The position numbers and the translations under genes were made by a program. Under the pieces are notes generated by a model that was given only the letters and a program-made list of their open reading frames with translations, did no database searches and was not told the origin of the DNA. A stretch of 64,000 nucleotides of DNA from Kudoa neothunni (Eukaryota > Animalia > Cnidaria). The stretch covers positions 8,395,794 to 8,459,793 of the forward strand of contig OZ199838.1 in assembly GCA_964304625.1 (NCBI GenBank). The letters run 5' to 3'. This document shows, one piece after another, positions 11,848-25,013 of the stretch (positions are counted from its first letter, which is position 1; every line of letters starts with the position of its first letter).

Positions 11848-14298
11848 GGTTAAAGTTCAATTCCTACCCTTTCGGCATCTGCCGGTTACCCGCCATCGGT
11901 AATAATCGGGCCACGTTTTATAATATAAATCCAATAAAATCTAGTTTACTTTAGTTAGACTTAATTAAACAAAATATATCAATTAAAAAAATATAATATT
12001 TATTATTTTAACTGTTAAAAATTATAAAATAAGTTGTCAATTTGTGTGCACAACAAAATAATCTTCTATATAAAGCAAATCGGTAATCCGCGTGTGTGTC
12101 AGTATGTACACATTTTTCATTCTTTATAGAGAGACATATCGCTCTATTTGAGCACACATACAGAAAGATAAAATTTTATTTTAGCCAGAAAAATACGTAA
12201 AAAATAATGAAAGGTCTGCATCCTGCAAAATGACTAAAAACATTTTCACGTGGTATGATTGGTTTGATTTGAAGATTTATGCAAACATATAGATCGTTTT
12301 GTTAAAATTTCAAAAGTTAATTTTATATGTATCATAGTGTTTATTTTACTTTAAAATTATTTAATAGTAATTTAATAATTGAATTAGTTCAAATAAGGAA
12401 GGTAATATTAGGTTATGTAGCCATGCATTAATATGAAATTCATTTGTTGATGTTTAACAAGATTAGTCTTTTTCATATGGTATGATTCAGAGATTACTGC
12501 AAACAACATGGAGAAAATCGATATTTTAGGGACTCTAAATAGGATATTTAAACACTCAGTAGTGTTTATTCGATTTTAAAAATATTATATAAGTTTCATA
12601 CGTCCAATTAAATAATAAATCATCCTTTAATTGGGTAATCTTTGTATTATTTATCTAAATACTCTTAATTTACTTTGAACTTCAAATGACCTTGGCTTAC
12701 TCAAGGCTTTAATCTACTTGGTCGGCAAGGAAGTCCACGCGAATGGGGGCTTTTTGCGCTAGTTAGGAAATAAACGTCGATTTAAATCGTCGAATTTTTT
12801 GAAAATAAGCGTCGAAAACGGCATTCCCTAAATATAAGTTAATGTACGTTTTCATCATTAGATTTGAGAATTATATATAAACGAATATTTTTAATAATAT
12901 TATAGGTATTATTGATTTATTATGGATTTTATTTGTTATTTTTTAAAACAAATGATAGATAACGGTATAAAACCTAAAATAAGATTACAGTTTAAAGATA
13001 AATAGTAAATATTTTTTATATTTTACAAGTTCTTTTTTGAAAAATTTATAAACTAAAACAATATGTCGACTCATGATATTTGTAAATTAATATAATTTTT
13101 AATAGTTTCTAGATGGATAAAAATCTCATATCACGCCATCTCTTTTTTAATTGTATCCTAATGAGCCTAAGTTAATGTAAAATAATCTGTCTTTACCTTA
13201 ATTTTCCGAATATTTTGTTATTTTATACAAAAATTTTAATTCTTTGATAAATATGTATATAATCATTCTAAAAAATAATAGGCTAACACTAATTAAAATA
13301 AACTTAACAATACCGTAATTTACTATAGATTTTATTCATTGACGATTGGAAAGACATAATTATATACATTTTTACAATAAAATAAAATCTACAAAATATA
13401 AATATGTTTAATTGCTTCTAAAAGTTTAGAAAGAACACGCTTCCTGTGGAGTCTTTTAAATATCGATTCGGCAATACAGGAAGCGATCATTTCCTTTTTT
13501 TTATTCGTCACCGAGCGATATTTCCGCTTAAACGCGCTCCACAGTCTCTCAATTCGATTGATGTGGACTCCTGTAGACGAGGCAAACTCCTTATCATGAA
13601 TTATTGTCTCATGACCGTATTCATAACCTAGCTCAGTGAGTGAACTATAGGCAGCCCATCCATCAGTATGCATATTAGATCCCCTCTAAACATGAGTGGT
13701 AATAATATTTTCAAGAGTGGGAGTGTCTCTCTTTTCGGTTTCCACCATAAAGACTCTTTCATCCTCATCCACACCACCAACCATCCATAGACTTTGCTTT
13801 TGTAGGATTCTACCAATACCAAACTTCCTCTTACAGATTTGACTTTCGTCTATTTGGACTTTTAGGCCGGGGCTACCAACTTTGTTTGGGTTACGAATGA
13901 AGTGACTCAAACAAATGTCACGTATAAAATTTTTCCAATCCACAGTAGTGGCGGAAGAATTAATACGCCGTTCGTTCGTTCATTAAGAAAGATTGTTCCG
14001 TTGCTCCCACGCTCTAAAAATATAAAATCTTTAAAATTTGATACAGAGAAAGTTTCATTTGACTTCCACAGGAACAAACCATTGATGTTGGTAGCAAGTC
14101 AAGTTGCTGAAAAAAAATAATTAAATCTTCAGGATGATCCTTGAAGTAACATAAGTCTTCAAAATTTAGGTTGTCTAAATTTTCGAAAGTGAAAATTGCA
14201 CGAGGCATACTCCGGAAAATGTAAACAGCCGGAACCTCGGTTATTACCGATGGCGGTTAACCGGCGGGCGCCGAAGGGGGAGGAACTGAACTTTAACC
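11848..14298 (-). mobile_element. Merlin transposon (transposase 14208..13389, frameshifted) with internal insertions
   Basis: TIRs of ~60 bp (GGTTAAAGTTCAATTCCT...CGCCATCGGTAATAA / TTATTACCGATGGCG...AGGAACTGAACTTTAACC). Protein motifs VQIDESQICKRKFG, HTDGWAAY and HINRIERLWS. Confidence 0.9.
12062..12762 (+). mobile_element. Non-autonomous Helitron-like element nested in the Merlin
   Basis: Starts A|TCTTCTATATAAAGC...GTGTGTGTC and ends with a GC-rich stem then CTAG|T, the same architecture as 5464..6515. Confidence 0.55.
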
Positions 14299-14524
14299 AA
14301 TTATCTCATATATAATTAATTAGATTAAAACTTTAGGGCACAGCAAAATAATTATCAACAAAATGGACTAAAAAATATTCTAATGTTCAACTTAAACGCA
14401 TATATCAATGTAAAAGTTAAAATTTGCTTTATGTGATCTTTCCAACTATTTTCTGTGAGTTTAAAAGAACTGTAAAATTATTATTTATATTAAATCTATT
14501 ATAAAATCAGTATTCTGCATTTAA

Positions 14525-15880
14525 TTAACAATTTATTATGTAAGTCAAAACAGAAATCTCATTCCGCAAAAATATGAAAAGTATAATAAAATCCAGACAT
14601 TTATTTGTGTCCAATGAACTGTTAAAACAAGCACATTCGGAATGTTCTTCGCTGTAATATTTCTTACGTACACCACATATATGCATTGTCTTACGATCAC
14701 TGTTTCTTGGGCTTACAGTACATTGTATACGGGATTTTTTGGAGCAATATTTGTGCTCTTTGGATTTCCTGCTCTTCATTTAGTTACAAATTTAGCGCCA
14801 AAGAACTACTGAAAGAACGGAACGTGCTAGCGAGATTCTCTAAAAATTAGGCTCTTGATTTTTCCATCGTTGAATATGATCCTGTATAAGCAAAACGCGT
14901 TTAAGAGATTTATGTCGACATTATAAAAAATAACTCTTGGCCCGCGTCTGGAACACCTTTTTAAATTTGTAGAGGTTAAAATCCGATCAATCGTATCAAT
15001 AGCTCATTTAATTTTTTTATAATAATTGATGCTACCTGGCTTCTTTTTTCCATCGTTCAGCATATTTATATAAGCTATTGAATTGGTTAAAATTAACAAA
15101 TCCTTATTATTTTAGTGACTTAAGAGGCTAGAATTTTCGTTTCATTGGACAGAAAAAGTGTGCTAAATGACTCCCTTATTTTATTTTTTTAATTATACGA
15201 GGAACATTTCTCTTATTAACTCTAGATGTTCCAACCATGGTAAAAACCATTTTCAATAGCTGAAAGCACTTTACAGCAATGATTATAATAATGAAAGTCA
15301 AAAATATTGGCATTACACGCAACATTTCTGTAAAAATTTCCGTTTAAAAATAAGTCCGAAAATCCGTTATGTGAATGATTCTCTGAGCTGCGACATTCCT
15401 AAGACCAGAGGCCTTATTTAAAAAGTTTTTTTAGTATTTTGGGAGTTTTAAAGCTTCTGCAGCCCAGATAAGGTTATTGCCATTATATTCAGATAAATCA
15501 GTGGCAAAATCAATAAAATCAGAGGAATCGATGATTTTACTTTAGTCGGAATTATAATAGATGGAATATATTTCGTTTAAGGGCTCCATGAAGACAAATT
15601 TCGGTAACACGCGCGATTCGTGTATAGTCGTATAAACTCGCGAACAATTATATCTCATTTTTCTCTTTATTTCGTCGATAGATTTTGCTCATATTCTCGA
15701 TTACATTTTATTTTAATTTTATACATAAAATGATAATTCAACACTTATTTTTCAGGCATTCAGCGTAAGAGAGTTTATAAGAATTGACTGAGTTTTAGAA
15801 AATTAAGATAATTGGAAGGGCAAAAAAACTAATCCTTAATATGGCTTGGGGTCTTATAGATCCCAAAAGCACTCGGAAGG
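14525..15880 (-). mobile_element. Highly degenerate piggyBac remnant
   Basis: Decayed cysteine-rich C-terminal domain RIQCTVSPRNSDRKTMHICGVRKKYYSEEH. End structure GGGGTCTTATAGATCCC...GGAAGG|TTAA at 15880. The partner end may be TTAA|GCCTCC...GGGGTCATTCGTGACCCC at 11478. Confidence 0.6.
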
Positions 15881-17053
15881 TTAAATCAGACAAATGAGAG
15901 AGAGGGACAATTTTGAATGGAATAATTATTCTTTTTATGCCATCAAATTTATGAAACTTGTCGTCTCTGTTACAGTTACCATCATTTTATAAAATCACTA
16001 ATATTGGCGTCATTTTCAATATTGTTTCCATTACAGGCCTTAACTGGTTTTTGAAAAACTTTAGTATTTCATATTTCTCTTTTAAATTCTTAACTCAATT
16101 TATACTTCTGTCCCCTATTTCAACACCAATCGAAAACAAAAATCTCAACGCACCTGAAAAGTTATGAATCACACATCACTACAAAACAATCCAGAAAAAA
16201 CATAATTAATTAACTTAAAAATATTTTATTTATATTCTTAATGGTCAAATTAATGTTTTTGAATGGTTTGAGAAATAAATAACTTATTATAATCTTATGT
16301 GTACGAAAATTTTGGAATATTTCCTCAAATTACGAACCACACGTCACCCACTATAGTAGGTTTTATTCAAAATTAAAGCATAAAAGAGAATATGACAAAA
16401 TATTAGTTCAAATTAATTTTTGATTAAATCATCCATTAAGCTCAATTCACGATGTTTTATTCTAATCGTTGATTAAATTAGAAAAGAGAAAGGTTATTTC
16501 CTTTTTAATCTCCAAAATATTATAAAAATACGAACATCATTCCATAACTCAAGACCTTGGCGTGTTGATTATTTGGCATAACAATACGAGTGAATTACGA
16601 AAGAAGCAGTCACACTTTCAATTTGAATTAAGGTATGACATAGAAATTTTAACGACTTGGATCGAATATGAAGTTTTAGTCAAATATTTTCTGATAAGCT
16701 GTGCATTTAATTGTTTTGAGTTAAAGCGTTAGGTTGAGAAGAGTTTAAGTTCATTATCACCTAAATATGTTTTTAATCATCAACCTCCCACAAATTATTA
16801 AGTTGGATTAATTTATGATGGATATTAGATAAATTACTAAAAAAAGGAATGCAAAAACTTGTTAAAGAGAATAATGCATGAGGTTCTATAAGGGAAAAAT
16901 CTAATATGGGAGTTTTTATAATGTAAACTAACATAACTAGTTTGTAGTAAGGGCTCGATATAGTGCATTAAATCGGGACTTATGTTTTACTACGCTATAA
17001 TAAATGACTACGTAATATCGACACATGTGCGTTGCACTTAAAATTTTTTTTAA

Positions 17054-18343
17054 CCTTTTAAGTCACATGAAAATTTACACCTTCCAGGTATAATTGGGGT
17101 CCAACAGACCCCATGTTATTATTTTATCAAATATTTGATCGATTATATATTCAGCAATTTCATAAATGACATCATGTAATATTATGTGCGCATGATAAAG
17201 AAATATTTTGACCACAGCATGTGTATTACTTTGAGATCACATATTTTCTATAAACATAACTCAAAATTCAGCTCATTTAGTAGAATTAATTCTTTATTTA
17301 ATTTGCGCTTAAAGTGATCAAAAACATCATAATCCTGACATAGACTATTATATAGAAGAAGTAACATAGATACGCTAGAAATGTTCATTAGGGCGGAAAC
17401 GACGCGTGAGAAAACCACCTAAATATGCCGTAATTTGCCAATATAGAAAAAATTTCCGGATTATTTTGTTACCTCAATATTTTCCATACCAGCAAAATGT
17501 GAAACTCGCATTATTTGGAGAAATTTATGTAATGAGAATAAATCTCGATATATCTTTCCTTCTTCTAACCCAAATATCTCTTTAACCGATTCTCGGCTAT
17601 CCCTGTGATATCCCATCAGAAATAAACAGCTAATGAACCCATCCAATTCGATCCATCTATCCCAAAAATTTTCCCATCCATGTACTAGTATATTTTAAAA
17701 TAATGGCGTACATAACAGAACTAAATATTATTCTGAAAGTAACAATTGTATTTTGTAATACAAACGGAGAGATACAAGGACGACTATTCATAATATTTGC
17801 AACACATGTTCTAGAAGACAAAGGAGGTGGTTAATTGACCCTAACATCCCGTTCTTGTTCATTAATGAGTTAAATTGTATATTTGTATCAATAACAAATT
17901 TTTCTGACGATAAATAATCATGAAACGAAGACAGTAACTCTGAAGACTCGGTATCAGAGTAATTATTATCAAGATCACTTGAACACATATACGAAATTAA
18001 TTATGGTGCATGCGCGATGTAGATTAAGATATGATATTCATGCAATAAAAATATATTTACTTAATAAAATTTTTTCAAAGTTTCCTCAAACATTTAAATC
18101 AATATTTTGGATAATTAGATAGAAAAAAATTGTGGTGTCCAAATGACCCCAAATTTTACATGGAGGGTGTTTTTGCATTAACTCTTTTTATACAGAATGA
18201 AAAAGTTTTTTAATTGGTAGAATTTTACTACAGGACATTTTAGAAGAATAGACTGACTGCCAAAAGTTTGTCACAAGTTAATGTAGTAGAAAATTGATAA
18301 CTAATGTCGCCTGGGTCCGAAAGACCAAATTATACTTGGAGGG
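17054..18343 (-). mobile_element. Internally deleted, degenerate piggyBac
   Basis: TTAA|CCTT...GAGGG|TTAA ends with GGGGTCCAACAGACCCC-type palindromes. Acidic N-terminal ORF 17988..17788, and ORF 17646..17461 (FLMGYHRDSRES...YRDLFSLHKF) homologous to the other piggyBacs here. Confidence 0.8.
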
Positions 18344-19321
18344 TTAAAGAAAGTCATTTATCGTGGAATTTTATTATCTAATTTAATTATTTATTTTATT
18401 CATCTATAAAGAAAATAAATAAGAATATTGAATTAGGACTTTTAAAAATAGACATTTTAGTGGTAAATATCTCGCTTTTTATTTGAGCTGTAAGAAGGTA
18501 TCATTTTTTAAACAAAAATTTGTCTTAAAGATTTTATTCGTTTTCGTGGATTTAATATTGACAGGCAAATTTCTTTCGGAGATTATTTCGAGTGTACAAT
18601 ATCATCGGTTACATTTTCTAATTATTATCAGAAAATCATTATATTACAATATATATTCTGACGAAACATGATTTCAAATAAAAATATCAATTAACTATTG
18701 AAATAAATTTTTATAAAACCCAAATTTTATCTGTAATGTTTTACGAATATTTATGATATTTTGGAACACCTCTTAATGGTTTACATTTCACCCTTCTCCC
18801 AAATGATTGGCAACGTACTAAAAAATTTTAAAATGCACACTCAACATATAGTTGGTATTTTTAACAAAAACAATCCTTCTGCTACAAAAATTTCTTACAA
18901 ACTTCTTATCGTGCCAAAGTCTCTTTCTTGGAAGAAACTGTAGTTGTTTTTTTCGCAAAATACTTTGCATTAACTTGAATATTTAAAGCAAGATTAATGT
19001 AAATCATTATTTTTTCAGATCATCAAAAATCCTAGAATATTTTCCTTTTTTCATGTAGAATTCTCCAAATGATTGATTTTTCTCAACTTACTTAAATATG
19101 TTTTATCCATAAATAAATAATTGGATTGCGAGAAAAAGTTTAATTCGTAATTTTTCCTTCTTTAGAAGGAATGATTTTAAGAGTTCTTATTCTTTGGACA
19201 AATCGGAATTGAACTTGTGTTAACAAAATACTCTATTATTTTAATTTTTATCTAAACTTATTATAAATCTCGCCATATTGGACGTTTAAATATGTGATTT
19301 ATGGAATTAATTTATTTTTAA

Positions 19322-22300
19322 CCCTCTAACACTTTTGGGGTGTAATACACCCCAAAACGATATTGTTATTGGCACATCTTCCTTATTAGTTTTTCCTGTT
19401 GCTATAAATTCTAGCTATTCCTTTAGTTTATGTTATTCTTTAAATTTAAATAAAAAAATTGGAAAAAATAAAAATGTAAAAATTTAAATAAAAAATACCC
19501 TCCAACACTTTTGGGGTGTAGAACACCCCAGATTTTTTTTGCTTAAATAATAGGAATAAATATATTTGATACGGATACATAATATTAATAGCATGAAATC
19601 CATAGTTATTCCAAAATCATGAGATTCGTAAGGCAGTTACATGAGTTCGCCTGTGCAATAGTTATCCGATATAATAAATGCACACGCCTTGTATATTTGA
19701 CACTGTGGAAATGAGCGGTCTTATTGAGTATAGTGACGATTTATGTTCATCTGGCAGCGAATTCGAGGATCAAATTATAGAAGAGGATGAAATTACTGAT
19801 GATGAAGCTGAAATTCCGGAAGCACCTGACAACGTGTTTACAAGCAAATGCGGAATTACGTGGAGCTTATCCAAGCCACCTACAACTAAAACATGCCAAG
19901 AAAACATTATGAATTCCTTGCCTGGAGTTACAGCTTATGCAACGTCAAAGATACTATGCTTACTAGATTGCTTCCTTCTATTTTTCAACAATGATATATG
20001 TCATCAGATTATTTCATTTACCAACGTGTTCGGAATACACCATTTTAAAGAAGACTGGATTGAATTAGACCTTGTGGAATTTGAAGGCTACCTTGGTCTT
20101 CTCGTATTGATGGCTACTCATAAAGACCGACAAGAGCCTTTATGCGAGCTATTCGGTGTAAAAGAAGGCAAGGAAATATACAGAAGGCTTTTTTCACTCA
20201 AATTACTCGAGAACTCCATTTCGATGATTTTAATACACGATTGGAACGAAAAAAAATGATAAATTTTGCCCAATCCGTGACGTATGGAATCAATGGGTTG
20301 ATTTATTGCCCCGATGTTTTTCACCAAATCAAGACGTAACCGTAGATGAGCAACTTGTTTCGTTCAAGGGAAGGTGCCCATTCCGACAGTACATGCCAAT
20401 GAAGCCGGCAAAATATGGCCTAAAGTTTTTTCTCTTAGTCGATCCAGCGGCAACTTATGTCTGTAACATCAGTGTATATCTTGGAAAAAATAACTATGCA
20501 ACCATTCGACAATTCGGATTAGGTGAAAGTGTTGTTCTCTCACTGTCTGCGCCACTTTTCCATTCAGGTAGGAATGTTGTAGCGGACAATTTTTTTTCAT
20601 CACTCTCCCTTGAGAAAAATTTATTGCAGAAAAAGCTTACTTTCCTGGGAACAGTTCGGAAAAACAAAAAAGAGATACCTCCTTGCCTTCTTCCCTCAAG
20701 AAAAAGAATCCTCTACAGTAGTACTTTCGTGTATTACAAAAAATTCATGTTGACGTCCTATGTTTGTAATAAGTCAAAAGCAGTGATTCTGTTGACGAGT
20801 GATACTACTGATGATTCTGTTAGCGACGAGTCAACTAAGTGTAAGCCCCAAGTGATTCTAAACTATAACGAATCAAAAGGGGGAGTTGATAACATTGATA
20901 GGATGTTAGCGTCGGTTTCTGTACGCAGATTCACAAGAAGGTGGCCTCTAATAGTGTTTTTTAACATGGTTGATTTGTCTCTAATTAATGCATTTGCAAT
21001 ATTTAAGGATATTTTTAATGATAGTACCACAACTAGGCGTAATTTTTTGAAACAGATGTACGAAGAACTTTACAATCCATTATTGGCAAGAAATTCGTCC
21101 GAGAATAAAGTAATAAAAAAAACATATAAGAAAATTCTCTTTCCGAAAAAGAATCCTCCTACGAGCTCCAAACAATCTAGATGTGAGCACTGTGCACGAA
21201 GTAAAGATAAAAAAACAAATAAATGGTGCCAGAGATGCTACAAATATTGTTGTTTAGATCACTCCTCAAACACTTGTTTTAAGTGCAATTAGTAAAAATA
21301 TTTTTTCTTGTTTGGTTGTATTCTCATTAATATGTGTTTCGAGTTAATTATGTTGTGCAAAAAACCTATTTATAAGCATTAACATTAACCCATTCGGGTT
21401 TTATGTATCGAAAATGATACACCAGTATTTCGATTGTATATCTATATATAAATAATATATCCACTTTTTTCCATTTTAATTTAAGTAAAAAATAAAAATT
21501 GTTTATAATATAGCGATATAAATGTAAAATTATTTATTTGGAAGTTTTATTGATTCTTTTTTTTCTGTCCGCCTAAGTATGGGCATTAGAACGAAAAAAT
21601 GTTTATAAAAGGCAAACCAGTAAGGTTCGGATTCAAGTTATGGATTATGGCCAGCAAGTCTGGTTATATATACAGCTTCAAAATTTATTGCGGTAAAGAA
21701 AGAGCAAATAACCAATTTTGTCTCGGTGAGAATGTGGTTTTAAATTTTCTAAAGGATATTGATAATTTAAGTGAAGTGGATCTTTATATTGACAACTTCT
21801 TTACATCCTACAAATTACTAAAGTTGTTGAAGGAAATGAATGTGGCGGCTACTGGCACAGTAAGACCGAATCGAACTGGGAAGTGTCCTCTTTTATGCTC
21901 TAATGTTTTTTCCAAAAATAAAAGAGGATATTTCGAACAATATGACGATTCTCATCAAATTTATTGTTCCCAATGGAATGACACGAAGCCGGTTATTGTA
22001 ATGAGCAACCACTACACATGTTATCCATTAGTATCCATAAAAAGATACTCCAAAAAGGATAACAAAAATATAATTATTGACCAGCCTCAAATGATACATA
22101 AATACAACAAAAACATGGGTGGTGTTGATTTGGCCGATAATGGTATTGCCAATTATAGAATTTCTATAAGAGGAAAAAAATGGTATTGGCCAATTTTCAC
22201 AAACCTGATATCCATGTGTGTTGTTAACTCCTGAAAAATTTATAATTCCTTAACAGACAAACCTATTGATCTTTTAGGGCACACCAGAGCAATCGTGTCA

Positions 22301-22983
22301 AATTTGATAAAACCCTCAAATGATATACCTAACAAGAAAAAATCAAAATTATCTCAAATTATTAAATCTAATATGTGTCCAAAGCCCCTAATAACAACTG
22401 ATAAATATGGAAAAAGACTGGGATGCGCCATATGCCATAAAATCACCGTCTATTTTTGTGAAGGGTGCTCCACCAGACTCCATACAAAATGCTTCGCCCT
22501 ATTTCACAGTTGACGAATAATTTTCAATATAATGTCGTAATAATATAATTAAAACAATTATTCTTATATAATATTAATTAATTGAGTTTTATTTTTTGCG
22601 CATGCACGTTACCGGGGGTTTTATGTATCGAAAATGATACATTCATAAAATCGCAATATTTTTTAACCTATTATCTCAGTTTAATTTTATATTAAAAATA
22701 TATAATAATTTTAATTCTTATAATTTTTTAATATTGAAAACCTGAATGGGTTAAGTTGACCCATAATATCAAACGATCTTTTACGAATGTCTTCCGATGT
22801 TGTTACGAAGAGATTTAATGCTTGAAGCTAAGGCATATTTTCCCCTGTTCGCTACCGGCGATTTCGGCATTATCTTAAAATTATGATCATTCGATTTATC
22901 TAAGTATTATTATGCAATAAAAAAGTGGGGTGTTTACACCCCAAAAGTGTTAGAGGTATATGTTTTTTTGGATAGTTAGAGGG
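19322..22983 (+). mobile_element. piggyBac (PGBD4-like) transposon with near-complete transposase 19678..21292
   Basis: TTAA|CCCTCTAAC...GTTAGAGGG|TTAA ends. DDD motifs VDEQL, ADNFF and GGVD, and an intact C-terminal CRD. Two frameshifts, near 20200 and 20250. Confidence 0.95.
21389..22750 (+). mobile_element. 5'-deleted piggyBac (PGBD2/3-like) nested in the previous element
   Basis: TTAA|CCCATTCGGGTTTT...AAAACCTGAATGGG|TTAA ends with an internal repeat GGGTTTTATGTATCGAAAATGATAC. ORF 21599..22234 (KPVRFGFK, IDNFFTS, MGGVD) continues past a TGA into a CRD ending at 22513. Confidence 0.92.
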
Positions 22984-23273
22984 TTAATATTGATATTAAT
23001 TTTAAAAATATGTAACCATATGAATCGAAACATTTTCAAACTAGATCTAAACTTTGTTAAAAATGTCAACTACATTGTACTCTAGCACGTTAAATCGAAA
23101 CTTTTCTGTACGTTAATTTAATAAATTTGTATATATTTTTAGTATTTTGTAAAAAAGCTCAATAAAATTATCATATGAATAATCTAATTTTTGACGTTTT
23201 CGTAACATCATTAAAAATTGGATATTGTAATTTCAATTTATGACAACAACGTATATTTTGACAACCAATTCAA

Positions 23274-24254
23274 CCCTCGAAGGACCGACTTAAAAAGACT
23301 TATGCGAGGAACCAACCGGGGTCAAAAATTACCCCAGGACTTTTTCATTTTTTTAACAGTTAAAATCGTTTACTCCATGTGGTTGTTATACTTACTATGC
23401 GTATTTAATAAAAATTAGGAGATGGGATTTCTACCGCTGCTGAGTTATTAAATGCTTACATCGTCCCATAAACTATTACCCACGTTACTTGAATATTAAT
23501 GGATATAATGTCTTAAATGGATAGATACCATTATCTTAGAACATTTTCAAGGGGTGTTTGATAATAATAGAATATCTAATTGAGTTTGAATGTGAACTTT
23601 GAGCATAAGAACCCGAGCATTTGATAATTACAATCTCCGGTGTTTCTCGATGATACGTGTATGCAGCTATAGATTATGATTTAATTGTAGTTTATTAAAT
23701 GGGGTCTCCCTTTCCCAATTAACTTGTAATTATTCGGATGCGGAGACTATAAAACATATTTTTAATAAAAAATAAATATATTTTAAAGTTGATGATGGAT
23801 TTTGTGGTCTCTCCTTTTTAATTTAAAGTAGAAATTCGATCTATGCCCTCCTTCATTACATTGTTGAAGACTCTTCTAAAGGATAATCTCTGGACAATTC
23901 TAATAGCCGAAAGGAATCCATCGGTATGAAATCAAAAAATGTATATATTTGGCTTCTGATAACGCTCTAACACTTTTTAATCGAAATTAATGTCATCAGC
24001 TATCTTTAAATTTGTTATTTTGATATCAATTCGTAATAACTACATTTAAAAGAAATGGCGGGCACATCGCTCACTAAAAGCAAAATATTTAAATCAATAA
24101 ATGCACTTTTTTCTTCATAACTTTATAATTATCAATCACGGACTCTAATTAAAGGATACAGAATTTTTGAGCTCTCTCATTTAGTTTGATACATGAAAAA
24201 ATGTCAAAATATCGAAATTGTGGTCATAAATGACCCCAGTTGGTCCCACGAAGG
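23274..24254. mobile_element. Non-autonomous piggyBac-like element
   Basis: TCAA|CCCTCGAAGGACC...GGTCCCACGAAGG|TTAA ends, with palindromes GGGGTCAAAAATTACCCC and GGTCATAAATGACCCC. Confidence 0.7.
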
Positions 24255-24989
24255 TTAATAAATTCTCCTTTCTAACAAATTATTTGGTTAAACTGTAATT
24301 TTAAGCATTTTTTTAATGTTTGAATAAATACAAGGATTTTGGGAGAAATTGTGTTGCCATAATTTTAAAATCCGGATTATATTGTCAAAGGACTCTCCCT
24401 TGCAATAATATTTTTGTGGATATTTATAGTTTCCATTTAAAATCACATAAGCTAAGTAGATTAGTGATTCTTTATTTCAAATTTCTTACTAAATGTAATA
24501 GTAATTTGGTGACTTCTCATCAAATTAAGTCCTATTGATTTAATTTAAACTTATTTATGTATACCTTGGAATATATCAGAATACATTATTTTATTTTTTT
24601 TCAAATAAAGAGTTAAATATTAAAATACCATTACAATTTATTGTAATCATCATCAATTCGAAAATGAAACTCTTTTCCAATAAAATTTGTTCTCTATTGA
24701 AAGCATAGCAATTTTTATTTCAAAACCAATAAAAAGCGTATTTTGTTGTTGATCAAAACATGAAAAACCGCATTTATCAACAATATATTAATATTAAATT
24801 TATAACTTTGAAGTTAACACAAAAAGCTTTATGCAGGTAAATGAACTACATGGGGTAAATATCTAACACTAAGTAAAATAGGAGAATTTTTAACTTATTG
24901 ATTATTAATTCGAAAAAAATATTTTGTGTATGATTTAAATAAATTTTTTGACGTGAATAATTTATTACTGTTGTTGAAATAAATAAAAT

Positions 24990-24998
24990 TGCGCATGC
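24990..24998. promoter_or_regulatory. NRF1-like element TGCGCATGC upstream of ATG7
   Basis: Lies 15 nt before the ATG at 25014, in otherwise very AT-rich sequence. Confidence 0.5.
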
Positions 24999-25013
24999 CT
25001 GTGAATATCAAAA

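Noticed and set aside
3499-14298. Bacterial IS630 / IS1595 elements or bacterial contamination
   Set aside because: They are interleaved with spliced animal-type genes and eukaryote-specific TEs, so they are the eukaryotic Tc1 and Merlin relatives.
22232-22234. TGA at a conserved Trp position (also TAG at 47518..47520), suggesting stop-codon reassignment
   Set aside because: It occurs only in decayed TEs and is explained by single G>A changes. Host genes use TGG for Trp and terminate with TAA, TAG and TGA.
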